From contig NW_021834458.1 of the NCBI RefSeq assembly GCF_006345805.1, positions 1-48,110 of the forward strand: a DNA stretch of 48,110 bases. The letters are read 5' to 3'. Position numbers and translations under genes: made by a program. The notes beneath the pieces are model-generated. The model did not search any database and had not been told where the DNA came from. It saw only the letters and a list, made by a program, of their open reading frames with translations. This document shows positions 12,205-25,295 of this stretch, piece by piece. Source of the stretch: Octopus sinensis (Eukaryota). Position 1 is the first letter of the stretch. Each line of letters opens with the position of its first letter.

Positions 12205-12618
12205 GCAGGCGTGGATGTGTTGTAAGAAGCTTGCTTTCCAATCACATAATTCTGGGTTCAGTCCCTCTGCGTGGCACCTTGAGCAAGTGTCTTCTACTAT
12301 AGCCTCGGGCCGACTAAAGCCTTGTGAGTGGATTTGGTAGACGGAAACTGAAAGAAGCCAGTCGTAGGTGTGTTTGTGTGTGTAAGTGTGTGTGTATGTC
12401 TTTGTGTCTGTGTTTGTCCTTCCACCAAAACTTGACCGATGCTGGTGTGTTTACGTCCCCGTAACCCCACGGCTCGACAAAAAAAGACTCATACAATAAA
12501 TACTAGATTTGCAAAGAATAAATCCTGTGGACGATTTCTTCAACTAAAAAAAAATCCTTTATGGCTTTGCTCCAGCATGGCCGCAGTCAAATGTCTGACA
12601 AGTGATGGGATAAAAGTA
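12205..12618 (+). mobile_element. tRNA-headed SINE family B, full length
   Basis: A-box and B-box-like head (gtggatgtgttgtaagaagc...gggttcagtccc). Reverse-complement homolog at 24356-24724. Confidence 0.9.
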
Positions 12619-12704
12619 CGTATATATGCATATCAGTTTGTCTGTTTGTATTATATATATATATATCTACCATTATATTTTGTGCGTATGTGTGTGTATG
12701 TTTG

Positions 12705-12760
<56 letters not shown>

Positions 12761-13955
12761 TGTCTGTGTGGGTGCGTGCATGTGTCTGTATGCGTTGATC
12801 ACGTCGGCTGATTGTCGCCAGTTACAACTGCGCGAAGGGAGACAAGTACAACTACGCCACCCCATTACTCGCAATTGTTTTCCATTTACCCTTCCTTCCT
12901 TCCTTCCTTCCTTGCTTCTTCATAACTTCTGCGTATATCTGGATTAAATTCTGTCAAGTTATAGAGCTGCTTGGCAAACGCTAGACAAGACACCCGTGCT
13001 ATTCAGCTGGAAGCTACAGACTCTGTGGTATGTAGATAGATATAGACTTCCAAGTAGCGAAAACCGTTCTTCGGCGTTATCACGGCGCCTTTTACTTGCA
13101 TAATCTAAAACCACTTATACTTTGTGCACTACCTGAACCAAAGATTCACTCCAACTGAGCGCAGATGAAAGAATGGGGTCGCTTCGGCAGAATGAATAGT
13201 TTGGTTTATTAATGCAATTATACAAATAGGCGTCAACGTTGTTCTATAGCTAATAAGTACGTTTTGTCGTCTCCTGATTTTGGGTTCGATTTCTCAGCAG
13301 GGCATCATTTTGTGTACGTCAATTGCCTTTTTCTACGGAGTGAATAAAATTAGGTAAAGCATAAGTATGTGATAGGCCACGACACACACACACATGTACG
13401 CACACCCACGACACACACATGTACGTATATGTGTGTATGTGCTAAAAATCTGTTATACTGAGTCGTTTTTCAGTTCAGTTGCTATTCGTTTTTCCTTTAA
13501 AGAATGCATACGGACTCACGCTTGTACACTTCTGCGCATTCATATAAACGAATTACATCAATATACATACACACATACATGCATACATACATATACTTGC
13601 GCTCACTCACTAAGAGGCACATACCGGAAATTTTGGTACCTAAGTCGAAAAAGCGTGGTGGACCTGACCAAAAGGAGAGAGGGCATACATTTCTTTTCGG
13701 TAAGGACCTCATAGACATTTTAGGTTTCACTCAGAGAGAAAGGTGAAAGTAAATTTATTGAAAAGTGGTTGAAAATAGAGTGCTGCAGGGTCCTTGTAAA
13801 TCTTCCTGGTCTTTTTAGCAGATGCCAGACGACTGGAAATTTAGGACTGAGAAAATATATTTGCCGTTAGCGGCTGGGTTCATCTTTGAATGTAAGGAGT
13901 TTCTTCATCGTTACTATGTAATCATTCCAATTTTCGTTTCTTTTTTTCTTTTGTA

Positions 13956-14344
13956 CTAGCAGTATCACCCGGCGTTGCTCGGGTTTGTAAGGGAAATAAC
14001 TATATAAGCATTTTTAGAGAGTTATAGCAAAGAAATGCATTAAAAATGGGAAAAAAATTATGGTAATTTTTTTTAAAAATCGTTGACTCATCGTAGACAT
14101 TTTTAGTGAGTTACTTCCCTTATATAATAGCGAAAAAATGCATAAAAATAGAAAAAACTGAGGGTAAATTTCTTTTTAAATCGTAGACTCATCGTATACG
14201 TGCGCTAATACCCAGAAGGGCTCTATATTAATCACGACTATAAGATACCCGGTTTTGGTTAAACTGCACCGCAAAATGTGGGAGTAGTTAGGAATCTAAA
14301 TCGTAGGAAACAGACACACACAACTTCACATTTATATTTAAAGA
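13956..14344 (-). mobile_element. Non-autonomous Helitron
   Basis: Minus strand reads ggatA|TC...CTAG|Tacaa (AT target). GC hairpin cccggcgttgctcggg at 13968-13983 near the CTAG end. Internal duplication of about 100 bp (aaaaatgcat...tcgtagac). Confidence 0.85.
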
Positions 14345-14419
14345 TATCCTTTTGGCAAATATTGTAGTTCTTTTGTTTTTGCTATCTTATTTTTTTAATC
14401 TATGTTATTCTTTGTATTC

Positions 14420-15278
<859 letters not shown>

Positions 15279-15279
<1 letters not shown>

Positions 15280-15547
15280 TTCAACGAAAACCGGTGATTG
15301 TCGTACGCTGATGACAGGTCAAAACCTAGAAACTGCAGTCCGTGCGTATCACTTAGGTTGTCGAGGGAAGGGTGACCTCCCTTTGCAAATACCATAAGAG
15401 CACAGAAAGTGTGCCTAAAGCCATCTGGTGACGATGTTCTCCTGGGGCTACAAGCTACAGTAACACCCACCCTTAGCGGTTAGCCATATTGAGATGGCAA
15501 CTATACCTCACGTTGTCGTGCAGTTACTGTTTATACCTCGTTCAGAG

Positions 15548-15550
<3 letters not shown>
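15279..15550 (+). mobile_element. About 270-bp structured element embedded in (ATT)n, with a 5' hammerhead
   Basis: Flanked on both sides by ATT repeats. Multiple self-complementary stems. Confidence 0.6.
15294..15352 (+). ncRNA. Type I hammerhead ribozyme motif (canonical CUGAUGA core, GUC site)
   Basis: gtgat..cgtacg-CUGAUGA(15308-15314)-c-aggt(caaa)acct-a-GAAA(15329-15332)-ctgcag-UC-cgtgcg-t-atcac. Stem III is the palindrome ACUGCAGU. Confidence 0.8.
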
Positions 15551-15604
<54 letters not shown>

Positions 15605-15787
15605 CCATGTTTTCTAATGCCGATTCAGGAATGTAGTAATAATATGACAGTCGGTTCGTTATATCAAATATCATCTGTCTACAAACTAATTATATATGCC
15701 AAGACCAGTTGAGCTTTCTGGAAAAAATTGCATCGTAAGCAACGGATATGGGCGAGGTGGCAGGCAAAACCACATATATATACATAC

Positions 15788-15840
<53 letters not shown>

Positions 15841-16470
15841 AAAGAAAAATGAATAAAAAAAAGTACAAAGAAAGACATTGACGCTATTCTGTTTTATTAT
15901 CTTTAGTTTTTGGATATTTTTTTCATTTCCTTCGTCTTTGTCTCTCGTTTTTAAAATGACAACGGAATCGGTTACAACGTCCATGAATGGTTCGAAAATA
16001 ACCAGACACAGAAGCGTCGTTTCCTAAAAAAAAAAAACAACAAAAAACAAAAAGCAATGACAAATTCAACGACTGCGCAGTAACTTAACAGAAAGCTTTA
16101 AAAAAAAAAACACGCTGGAAAAGAAAGCCCCCCCCCCCAAAAAAAAAGGAAAAAGAAAAAAAAACCCAGATGCAGTAAGGAAGTCGTCAATGGACATCAA
16201 AAGGAGGTTTCGGTAATCTCGTCGTACCGTTTGATCTCAGTCTTCTTTACAAATATATTATTTGGGTTTTATTTCTCTGACCTGCACCACCTTAGTAGTT
16301 TTCTTCGTTTTCCTTCCCTTTTTTCCTTCCTTCCTTCTTTCTTGTTACCTTCTTCATCTTTATTTTCTTTCGTTTATGTATTTATTTTGTCACGCCTTCC
16401 TGTTTTAGCATTTTAAACGTCTTTAAATTTTGTTACCTTACGTCTTTTGCAGTTATTATTAGTGTTATTG

Positions 16471-17105
16471 ATAAGGCGGCGAGCTAGCAGAATCGTTAGC
16501 ACTCTGGCCAAAATGTTTAGCGGCATTTCTTCTATTTTAACGCCCTGACTTCAGATTCCGCCGCAGTTGACTTTATCTTTCGTCCTCGGGGGGTGGGGTG
16601 TCGATAAAATAAGTACCAGTTACATACTGAGGCCGATATAATCGACTACCCAACTCACCCAAATTTCAGGCCTTGTGCCTTAAGTAGAAATGGTTATTAG
16701 TGTTATTGGTAAAGGTGGCGAGTTAGCGGTGTGGACTTTTCTTCAGGCTATTTGCGTTCTGAGTTCGAATCCCGCTGAGTTCAGCCTTGCCTTTCACTCT
16801 TTCTGAATGATAAAAAAAAAATCACTCAAGTCCTGGAGGCTATGTAATCGGCATACCTTCCCCTCAAAAGCTGCTGATTCTGTGCCAAAATTTGAAACCA
16901 TTATATAAAGCGGTGAGTAGCAAGAATTGCTGCCGTGCCGGACAAAAACGATCAGCAGCATTTCTTCCGACTTTACGTTCTCAATTCAAATGCTACCCGG
17001 GAGGATTTTGCATTTCATCCTTCCGGGGGCACGGTTGAGGGGGTCTGGATATAAACTACTAACCCAGTTCCCTGAAATTGCTGGCTTTTCCCCGACAATT
17101 TGAAA
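16471..17105 (+). mobile_element. Three consecutive SINE family A copies or fragments
   Basis: Heads at about 16471 (aaggcggcgagctagc), 16709 and 16905. Confidence 0.8.
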
Positions 17106-17136
17106 CCCTTGTTACTGTGAGAGATAATACGGCGTA

Positions 17137-17534
17137 TGACGGCGAGCTGGCAGAAACGTTAGCACGCCGTGCGAAATGCGTAGCCGTATTTCGTTTGTCG
17201 TTACGTTGTGAGTTCAAATTCTACCGAGGTCGACTTTGCCTTTCATCATTTCGGGGTCGATTAAATAAGTACCAGTTACGCACTGGGATCGATGTAATTG
17301 ACTTAATCCGTTTGTCTGTCCTTGTTTGTCCTCTCTGTGTTTAGCCCCCTTGTGGATAGTAAAGAAATAAGTATTTCATCTGTATTTATGTTCTGAGTTC
17401 AAGTTTTGCCGAGGTCAACTTTGTTTTTCATCATTCCGGGGTCAATAAATTAAGTACCAGTTGCGTAATGTGGTCGATCTAATCGACTGGTCCCCTCCTC
17501 CCAAAATTTGGGCCCTATGCCTAGAGAAGAAAAG
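17137..17534 (+). mobile_element. Dimeric SINE family A with a 16-bp TSD
   Basis: Flanked by gagataatacggcgta (17121-17136) and gagataagacggcgta (17535-17550). Confidence 0.85.
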
Positions 17535-17676
17535 AGATAAGACGGCGTACTAGCATGTCACAAAATGTGCTTAACGATATTTCCTTCAACTCTTTACGTT
17601 GTGAGTTCAAAAATCATACTGAATTTAAATATCACTCAAGGCGGCATGACATTTCACCATAAGTACTAGTGGAACA

Positions 17677-17992
17677 TTGTTGTTGTTGTTGTTCCTTCAC
17701 AAGCCATGACTGGTTCATAAGGGCCGATTTTCCGGTTTTATTGGCGTATAGGTTCCTCATCTGGACAGGACGCCGGTCCGTTGTAAGTGAGCTGCTAGAT
17801 GCAGGAAGAAAGAGTAAGAGAAAGCTGTGATGAAAGAGTCAGAAGAAACTCGCCATTACCTTCTGCTGGGGCCGCGTGGAGCTTTAAGGTGCTTTGCTCA
17901 TAAACACGCACACATCACCTAGTCTGCGATTCGAACCCGCGATCCCTCGACCGCAACTCCGCTTCTCTAACCACTAGGCCATGTGCCTCCAC
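17677..17992 (-). mobile_element. tRNA-headed SINE family C, full length, 9-bp TSD, inserted into an older SINE A
   Basis: TSD agtggaaca at 17668-17676 and 17993-18001. (CAA)n tail. Homolog of 32255-32561. Confidence 0.9.
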
Positions 17993-18229
17993 AGTGGAAC
18001 ACTGGGATCAATGCAATCGATAATCGACTTACCTCTCCGCATGAAAATTACTGAACTAGTGCTAAAATTAGAAATGGTTATTAATGTTATTGATGTGTTT
18101 ACACAGCGGTGAGTAATTGCAATCGTTAAACCGACTGTTGGATAAAAATCTATTGTGGTATTTAATTTAGATTTTTATGCTGCAAGTTAAGACGAAATTG
18201 ATGACGATTTTGCATCCAGAGTAGAAATG

Positions 18230-18445
18230 TTGGTTTCAAATTTTTGGCAAAAGACCAGCAATTTCAAGGATGCGGGTTAATTCAATTACATCAACTCAAA
18301 TACGCAACTAGTTCTTATTTTATTGACCTCCGAGAGGATGAAATGTAAAATCGACTTCGACGGTATTTGAACTCAGAACGCGAAGATGGACGAAATCCCG
18401 CTTAACAGTTTTGCCCGCCTTGCTAACGATTCTGCGAACTCACTG
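18230..18445 (-). mobile_element. SINE family A variant
   Basis: gctaacgattctgc head and gtcgac/actagttc core. Confidence 0.75.
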
Positions 18446-18459
18446 GAGAACAAATATTA

Positions 18460-18460
18460 G

Positions 18461-18531
<71 letters not shown>

Positions 18532-18636
18532 GTCTGTCTGTCTGTCTGTCTGTATGTATGTATGTATGCATGCATGCATGCATGCATGTATGTATGTATG
18601 GATGTATGTATGTATGTATGTATGTATGTATGTATT

Positions 18637-18668
<32 letters not shown>

Positions 18669-18700
18669 TGCATGTATGCATGTATGTATGTATGTATATG
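18460..18700. repeat. Compound tetranucleotide array (TCTA)n-(TCTG)n-(TATG)n-(CATG)n
   Basis: Directly visible. Confidence 0.97.
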
Positions 18701-18908
18701 TCTGTGTGTCTGAGTTTGTCCCCCCAGCATCGCTTGACAACCGATGCTGGTGTGTTTACGTCCACGTCACCTAGCGGTTAGGCAAAAGAGACCTACAGAA
18801 TAAGTGCTAGGCTTCCAAAGAATAAGTCCTGGGGTCGATTTGCTCGACTAAAGGTGGTGCTCCAGCATCGCCACAGTCAAATGGCTGAACCAAGTAAAAG
18901 AATAAAAG
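18700..18908 (+). mobile_element. SINE family B 3' half
   Basis: Matches 12400-12618. Confidence 0.85.
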
Positions 18909-18914
18909 ATTATG

Positions 18915-18945
<31 letters not shown>

Positions 18946-19007
18946 TATATATATTATATATATATATATATATATACATACATTGTGTGTGTGTGTGTCT
19001 GTATACA

Positions 19008-19224
19008 CGAGAGGATACTGAAAAGTTCCTGGCTGTAAGGGTATCGCAAAAGGCCTGGTTGGATGCACAACCTTCCGAGTTCTTCGACAGGGCATAGAAA
19101 AACTGAAGTACCTCTGCAATAAGTGTATGAATCTGAGAGAAGAATATGTTGAATAAAAGTTCAATTAACTGATCCTCCTGTATTTTCTTTTACCCAAAAG
19201 CAAAGAACTTTTCATCCCCCATCG
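19008..19224 (+). mobile_element. Mariner-derived MITE retaining the transposase C-terminus
   Basis: TIRs cgagaggatactgaaaagttc / gaacttttcatcccccatcg|ta. The interior reads KAWLDAQPSEFFDR..EKLKYLCNKCMNLREEYVE*. Confidence 0.8.
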
Positions 19225-20399
19225 TATGTGTGGGTATATATATATATATACATACATTCATTCATACCCACACATCTATACACTTTCATGTATATATATA
19301 TGCGTGTGTATATATATAAAAAATATATATATATATAGACATACATACATACCCACACATCTATACACACTCATGTATATATATATGTGTATATATATAT
19401 ACATATATATATATATATTTATCATATGCGCACGTAAAATGATATTGTTAATATACGCCATTTTCCATGTCATAGCAATGTCCAACATTGAAGTGACAGC
19501 TAATGCCAATTGTCTGTCTAACGACACATCTAAACTTAGCACGATATTATGTAACAGAAATTTTACTGCAGTTAGTGTTCCGTTAATGTTAATTTTGCAA
19601 ACTAACATTGTGACGACGATAGCCGTAGTTGTAATCAATTCCAGCATTGTCATGAGGACTTGAGTTTTATAAAGGAATCGTATAAGTTCACTGACAGGGT
19701 TAAATTCGTTTTCGTTTTCCCTGCCACAATGGAAATGCAGATCAGAAAGGGAGGTAACAAAATATGTTAAAAACCATCCGTTTAAAGATTTCTACTTGTC
19801 TGCAGTTCATAGGGCTATGTAAATGATAAGGATATCTTACGCTAGTACAAGGCCGTACATTTGTACAGAACGGAATTCGGTGATTTATTTTTGTATCATA
19901 TCACTCGATATGCACGGTATTTATTTTTATTTTATCAACTTGGGAGAAGAAAGTAAAGGACAAAGTTCACTATGGTGACATAGGAACTGAGCTTTTAAAC
20001 GGACGTAATATTATATTTTAATGTCTTCAGTCCGAATTTTTTTCTCTGTCAGCAGCTGTAAGGTATTCAGCGTTTTAAGAATTATTTCTAATTAAACACC
20101 AGGCGGATGTAGTCGATATCAGCGACTCCAGTACTCGACTGGTTTATCTATCATCGCTTACCCCGGATTCGCTCTTCACTGATCCAGGACAACACGGGTG
20201 GGCGTTGAGTCAGTGATATTGCTTGGACCGTAAAAGCGCGCCCCATCGATCACTTACAATGTCCAGGACAATTTGAGGTCTCGGAACGAAACCTATTTTT
20301 GACGGATACATTTAAATGTATTTTAATTTAATTTTATTTATTGCTTTTGTTTCTGGACTCAAACTTTCGCAGAAAGCGATGATACATGTACTTTATTTT

Positions 20400-20670
20400 A
20401 TAGGCCTCAGAAGGCTGAAAGTCAATGTCGAACTCAGCGAGATTTGAACACAGAATTTAAAGAGCCGGGACAATTGACGTAAAAATAATGGTTTCAACTT
20501 TTGGCATAAAGCCATCAAGCTTCAAAGGACGAATTGTTCATATTACCGATTGCAGTATTTCTTTGTCGACATCGAGGGGATGGAAAATAAATTTATCTTA
20601 GGCCGAATTTAAACTCAAAACGCAAGGTGCGAGGTTAACAAGGTGCGCGTTAATAATTCTGCCAATCAAA
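20400..20670 (-). mobile_element. Decayed SINE family A fragments
   Basis: aaagtcaatgtcgaactcagcgagatttgaac and ggccgaatttaaactcaaaacg segments. Confidence 0.6.
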
Positions 20671-20728
20671 CGCACTCTTTCAGGCCTTTGGTCATATATT
20701 TCAAGCTACCCGGTTACGTATGTGTGTG

Positions 20729-20771
<43 letters not shown>

Positions 20772-20868
20772 TGTGTGTTAGATGGATTGAACCTTTTATT
20801 CCAGAGTCCAGCCTTGTCAAACTTAATATCACGCTGATTGATTTTACTTAAGTATCATACTAGGTGTA

Positions 20869-21105
20869 GTGGAATCGCATGGCTTAGTGGTTAGGGCGTT
20901 GTATTCATGATCGTAAGACTGTAATTTCGATTCCTGAACGGGGTGAAGCGTTGTATTCTTGATCAAATTACTTCGTTTCCCGTTGCTTCACTCCATTCAG
21001 CAGGTAAAAATGAATTATCCTGTGATGGACTTGCGTCTCGTCCAGAGAGGAATATACACGGCAGAGAAACTGGGAAACTGGTTCTTTGCTCCTTATGGAG
21101 TAATA
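20869..21105 (+). mobile_element. tRNA-headed SINE (family C-like), diverged
   Basis: gcatggcttagtggttagggcg A box, ttcgattcc B box, tgtgatggac...gtccag tail. Confidence 0.75.
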
Positions 21106-21264
21106 TCTACTAACCATTATGTTAGGACTACACGAGTCTGCGGAATATTCTGCCAACCCCACTAATACAATGACTAGGTAGCTGAGTTAGTCGAGTAAAT
21201 GGAATAGTCACTATTGAACTCGATGGTGGAATTTTTAAAACGTTTCACATGTGTGTGAGACAAA

Positions 21265-21602
21265 GAAGATGAAGAGAAGGAAAGGGGGGGGAGAGGTACA
21301 GATATTTAAAGAAGTAGAGAGAGAGAGAGAGAGGAAGAGAGAGAGAGAACAGAGAAAGAGAGGGGAAAAGAGAGAGAGTGAGAGAAAGGAAGGAGAGGAA
21401 GAGGGAATGTAAGAGAAGGAACAGAGAGTATAAAAAGGAGAGAGGAGAGAGAGGGGAAGAAAGTGTGTAAGAGTGTTTGTGTGTGTGTGTGTGTAAGAAA
21501 GAATGTGGAAGTAAGAGAGGAGAGAGAGGAACAGAGAGTGTAAGAGAGGGAGAGGAGAGAGAAAGAGAAGAAAGATAGGAAAGAGATAAGAAGGGAGAGA
21601 GA
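21265..21602. repeat. Polypurine (GA-rich) low-complexity tract
   Basis: Almost purely A/G on the + strand apart from one (GT)n island. Confidence 0.9.
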
Positions 21603-21826
21603 CTTTGATACGAAGCCTAAGTTTCAACAAGTTTGTCAGAAGTGTATTCCATGTTGATAGAACATAGTTTTACTAATAAAAATATTCGCGAAGTATTATA
21701 GATTTGAAGACATTAAATTTTCTCAGTTCAACCTTGTTGTGTCTGGGGAGAGTTATTTTCTTTTTGTGCCTTATAAAGTAACACACTCAACGGTAAAATT
21801 TCCACTTTTTTCTTATTTTTATTTTC

Positions 21827-21863
21827 CTAAAATTTTCGTTGCGTCTTGCAGCATTTTCAATAG
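21827..21863 (-). ncRNA. Variant hammerhead motif (U3-A8 core), minus arm
   Basis: cta-UUGAAAA-t-gctgc(aagac)gcaac-GAAA-a-t-U-U-tag. Confidence 0.5.
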
Positions 21864-21869
21864 TCAAAA

Positions 21870-21906
21870 CTATCGAAAAGGTTGCAAGATGCAACGAAAA
21901 TTTTAG
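21870..21906 (+). ncRNA. Variant hammerhead motif (U3-A8 core), plus arm
   Basis: cta-UCGAAAA-g-gttgc(aagat)gcaac-GAAA-a-t-U-U-tag. Stem III is the palindrome AAAUUU. Confidence 0.52.
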
Positions 21907-22228
21907 GAGAATAAAAATAAGAAAAAAGTGGAAATTTTACCGGTGAGTGTGTTACTTTATACTCACACGAAAAATGAGAATATATGTATGTATGTATGTA
22001 TATAAATTTGCAAACGTTTATATTCATATAGGTTTGTGGAATGATAAACACAAACACGCACATACATATATCTACACATCTATACGAATATGTACTTAAA
22101 CACACACATACACGTACACAAGTATTCAAACATGTATTATTCATATACTATTGTATGACTGAGCGCCTTCGCGTCGATTCGATTCGATTCGTTTGGTTTG
22201 GTTTCGTTTCTTCTTCTTCTCCAAGGTG

Positions 22229-22275
<47 letters not shown>

Positions 22276-22276
<1 letters not shown>

Positions 22277-22405
22277 GTAGAAAATACAAACTGGGACAAG
22301 AACGTAAAACATTTAGAAGACGATACAAAAAACACGAACGGGACATTCGAAGCCTTCAATCTTCAGTCAAGAACCGGATCATCCTCGCAATTTCGGCTGA
22401 TATAT
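22276..22405 (+). mobile_element. Repeat family D fragment (GIY-YIG-like translation)
   Basis: Homologs at 23995-24275 (+) and 46225-46478 (-). Translates as KYKLGQERKTFRRRYKKHERDIR. Confidence 0.65.
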
Positions 22406-22433
22406 GTGTATATATATATATAATATATATATA

Positions 22434-22490
<57 letters not shown>

Positions 22491-22842
22491 TGTGTGTGTG
22501 TGTGTGTGTAAATATATACACACACATGTATGCTCATCTATAGTTGAGTCTGATCGTGTGCATAATCATGTGTGTGTGTATTTATTTATTTGCTTCATTT
22601 ACATATATATATATTTATATATGCATGCACAAACAACACGTGTACACTCATACAAACACACATTTATACACACATATGATAATATATTCATATATACATA
22701 TGTAGATATATACGTATGTATGCATGTGTGTATGTATGTATTTTATACAGACCAACATATCAATATGCGTAGTGATTGTGTTTGTATTGGGAATGTGGGA
22801 ATAGGTGTAGATAGCGAAGAAATACGTATATGTATATATATA

Positions 22843-22918
<76 letters not shown>

Positions 22919-23994
22919 TATATACACGAATGTATGTGTATATATGTATGCATGCATTTAAGGGGCGTGTTTTTTACGATAACGTTTTTACACTTTTGTT
23001 TATCAAGCAGAGAATGCCAACAACATTTTCTTTCTGTCACCTCTACTCTCTCTCTCTCTCTCTCTCTCTCACTCTATTTCTTTACATTTGTCTCTCACTC
23101 TCTTTCCCACACATTCACTCTCTCCATCCCCTCTCTCTCTGTCTCTCCTCGTCCTCTCTGTCTGTCTGTCTGTCTCTCTCTTTCTTTCTCTTTTGGTTGG
23201 GAGTTAGTAACACCTCCAGCTGATTTTTATACTCTCGCACCCTGATGAAAGAAAGGTCTCTTGTTTGGCTTTTGTAAAATAGCGGAATTTCTTTGTTCGT
23301 TTCTTTCTCTCTTTCTATTTTACGTTCTTCTATTTATTTATTCATTTATATATTTGGTGTGTGTCTGTAATGGAGAGGTCAGTGGTCATGACAACAGCGT
23401 TTTGTAGTGGGCAGTACCAAAAAGATTTATAGCAATCCAGCCAGACTAGTAAATACTGATTTAGCAAGTGTCGACCTTAAACGAAAGAAGCATATCTTCG
23501 TTGTTTTATCACAGGTTTGCTAAAAACGAATAGAAAAAAAAGACGGAGATTTTGAAGGACTTGGACGTAAGACTAAATGTTTGAAATAGATATAAATACA
23601 TATATAAATAAATATAAATAAATGAAAGAAAATGTATACGTAAATTCTTGAAATAATGAACATGTGTAATTACTAAACAGAAAAGTTATAAAGATTAAAT
23701 AAGTAAATATATATTTTGTTCAAGAATAAATTTGTACTCTACGAAAGTAGAGAGTTCACTCTCAGATTAATGGAGGATTGTGTTTATCATAACTAAACGT
23801 GAAGACAAACGTTAACATAATAGCACAGTTCTGCGGTGAGTACTTTAAGAACGTTAACTGAAAGACAGGGAATAATGCCACAACAGTGTGTACGTACGTA
23901 TGTATGTATGTATGTATGTATGTATGTATGTATGTATGTATGTATGTATGTATGTATGTATGTATGTATGTACGTGTATATATATGTGTATAAA

Positions 23995-24275
23995 AAATAT
24001 ATATAAAAATACAAAATGGGACAAGAACGCAAAACATTCAAATAGACGATACAAAAAACGGACGGGTCATTCGAAGCCTCTAACCTTCAGTCAAGAACCG
24101 GATCATCCTCGCAATTTCGGCTGATTAATCTTGAGATTGCTCCAATCTGGCCAGCCCCAAGGAAAAACTAAGCTAAGCGCATTAGATTCCCTGGAAGAAA
24201 GCTTCGAATGTATACAAAACAAGGACAGAAAAACGGACGATGTTACATGAATATGAATACAAAAATAATACGTAT
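23995..24275 (+). mobile_element. Repeat family D, longest copy
   Basis: Shares cattcgaagcc...cttcagtcaagaaccggatcatcctcgcaatttcggctga with 22345-22402. Confidence 0.75.
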
Positions 24276-24355
24276 ATATACTCACCTATATGAATAAATT
24301 AATAATGATATAAAAAGTGCACAACAACAAAGAAATTCTAAGATTGTATATAAAA

Positions 24356-24724
24356 CTCTTTTACTTGTTTCAGTCATTTGACTGCGGCCATGCTGGAGCA
24401 CCGCCTTTAGTCGAGCAAATCGACCCCAGGACTTATTCTTTGGAAGCCTAGTACTTATTCTATTTGTCCCTTTTGCCGAACCGCTAAGTTACGGGGACAT
24501 AAGCACACCAGCATCGGTTGTCAAGCGATGTTGGGGGGACAAACACAGACAGAAACACACACATATATACGACAGGCTTCTTTCAGTTTCCGTCTACCAA
24601 ATCCACGCACAAGGCTTTGGTCGACCCGAGGCTATAGTAGAAGACACTTGCCCAAGGTGCCACGCATTGAGACCGAACCCGGAACCATGTGGTTGGTAAG
24701 CAAGCTACTTACCACACAGCCACT
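24356..24724 (-). mobile_element. tRNA-headed SINE family B, full length
   Basis: Reverse complement of 12205-12618. Confidence 0.92.
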
Positions 24725-25029
24725 TCTATCCATCCGTCCGTCCATCCATCCATCCACCCATCCATCCATCCATCCATCCACCCATCCATCCATCCATACA
24801 TACATACATACATGCATACATGCATAATACACGCTTACATGCATAAATACAAGTCATGGTTAGGTCAGTATTCATACGCATGTAATTAACGCATACATTA
24901 AGGCAACACGCGCATTATTACGGCAAAGCTATACAATGACGCCGAGATTAAATGTCAATTGTTCTACATATCTAAATGACTATATATTCCATAACACTAA
25001 CACACACACATGTTTGTATAAATGAATAT

Positions 25030-25073
25030 ATTTGTGTATGTATATATATATGTATGTATGTATATATATATTA

Positions 25074-25163
<90 letters not shown>

Positions 25164-25213
25164 ATTATATATATATATATGTATATATATGTATATATAT
25201 ATGTATATTATAT

Positions 25214-25295
<82 letters not shown>
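25030..25295. repeat. Imperfect (TA)n array
   Basis: Directly visible. Confidence 0.97.

Larger units (their letters stand above)
21734..21961. mobile_element. Foldback family F copy with an intact centre (palindrome 21772-21961)
   Basis: Homolog of 4400-4591. The centre carries mirror hammerhead-like motifs. Confidence 0.85.

Noticed and set aside
13007-13069. ctggaa-gctac...gtagc-GAAA-accg-UUC
   Set aside because: Stem II and GAAA are present, but the core does not fit CUGANGA and stem I is absent.
13625-13663. Micro-exon candidates (13625-13663 minus; 27844-27874 plus)
   Set aside because: The splice-like flanks are plausible by chance, and there is no recognisable protein or partner exons.
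16456-16708. ttattagtgttattg as the TSD of the SINE at 16471
   Set aside because: A near-identical string follows another SINE end at about 18075, so it may be part of the tail rather than a TSD.
19430-19663. Open frames on both strands in non-repetitive sequence
   Set aside because: No recognisable domain, and both ORFs are extended by the adjacent TA repeat.
22198-23223. 341-aa ORF, and similar YI/CV/HT-rich ORFs (1091, 8071, 31178, 35794, 45723)
   Set aside because: Read-through of dinucleotide and tetranucleotide repeats that lack stop codons; no protein-like complexity.
23242-23254. CTGATGA-aa-GAAA (also on the minus strand at 42237-42249)
   Set aside because: No stem II, stem III or stem I pairing. 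Resembles the decayed SINE A ggatgaaagg core.
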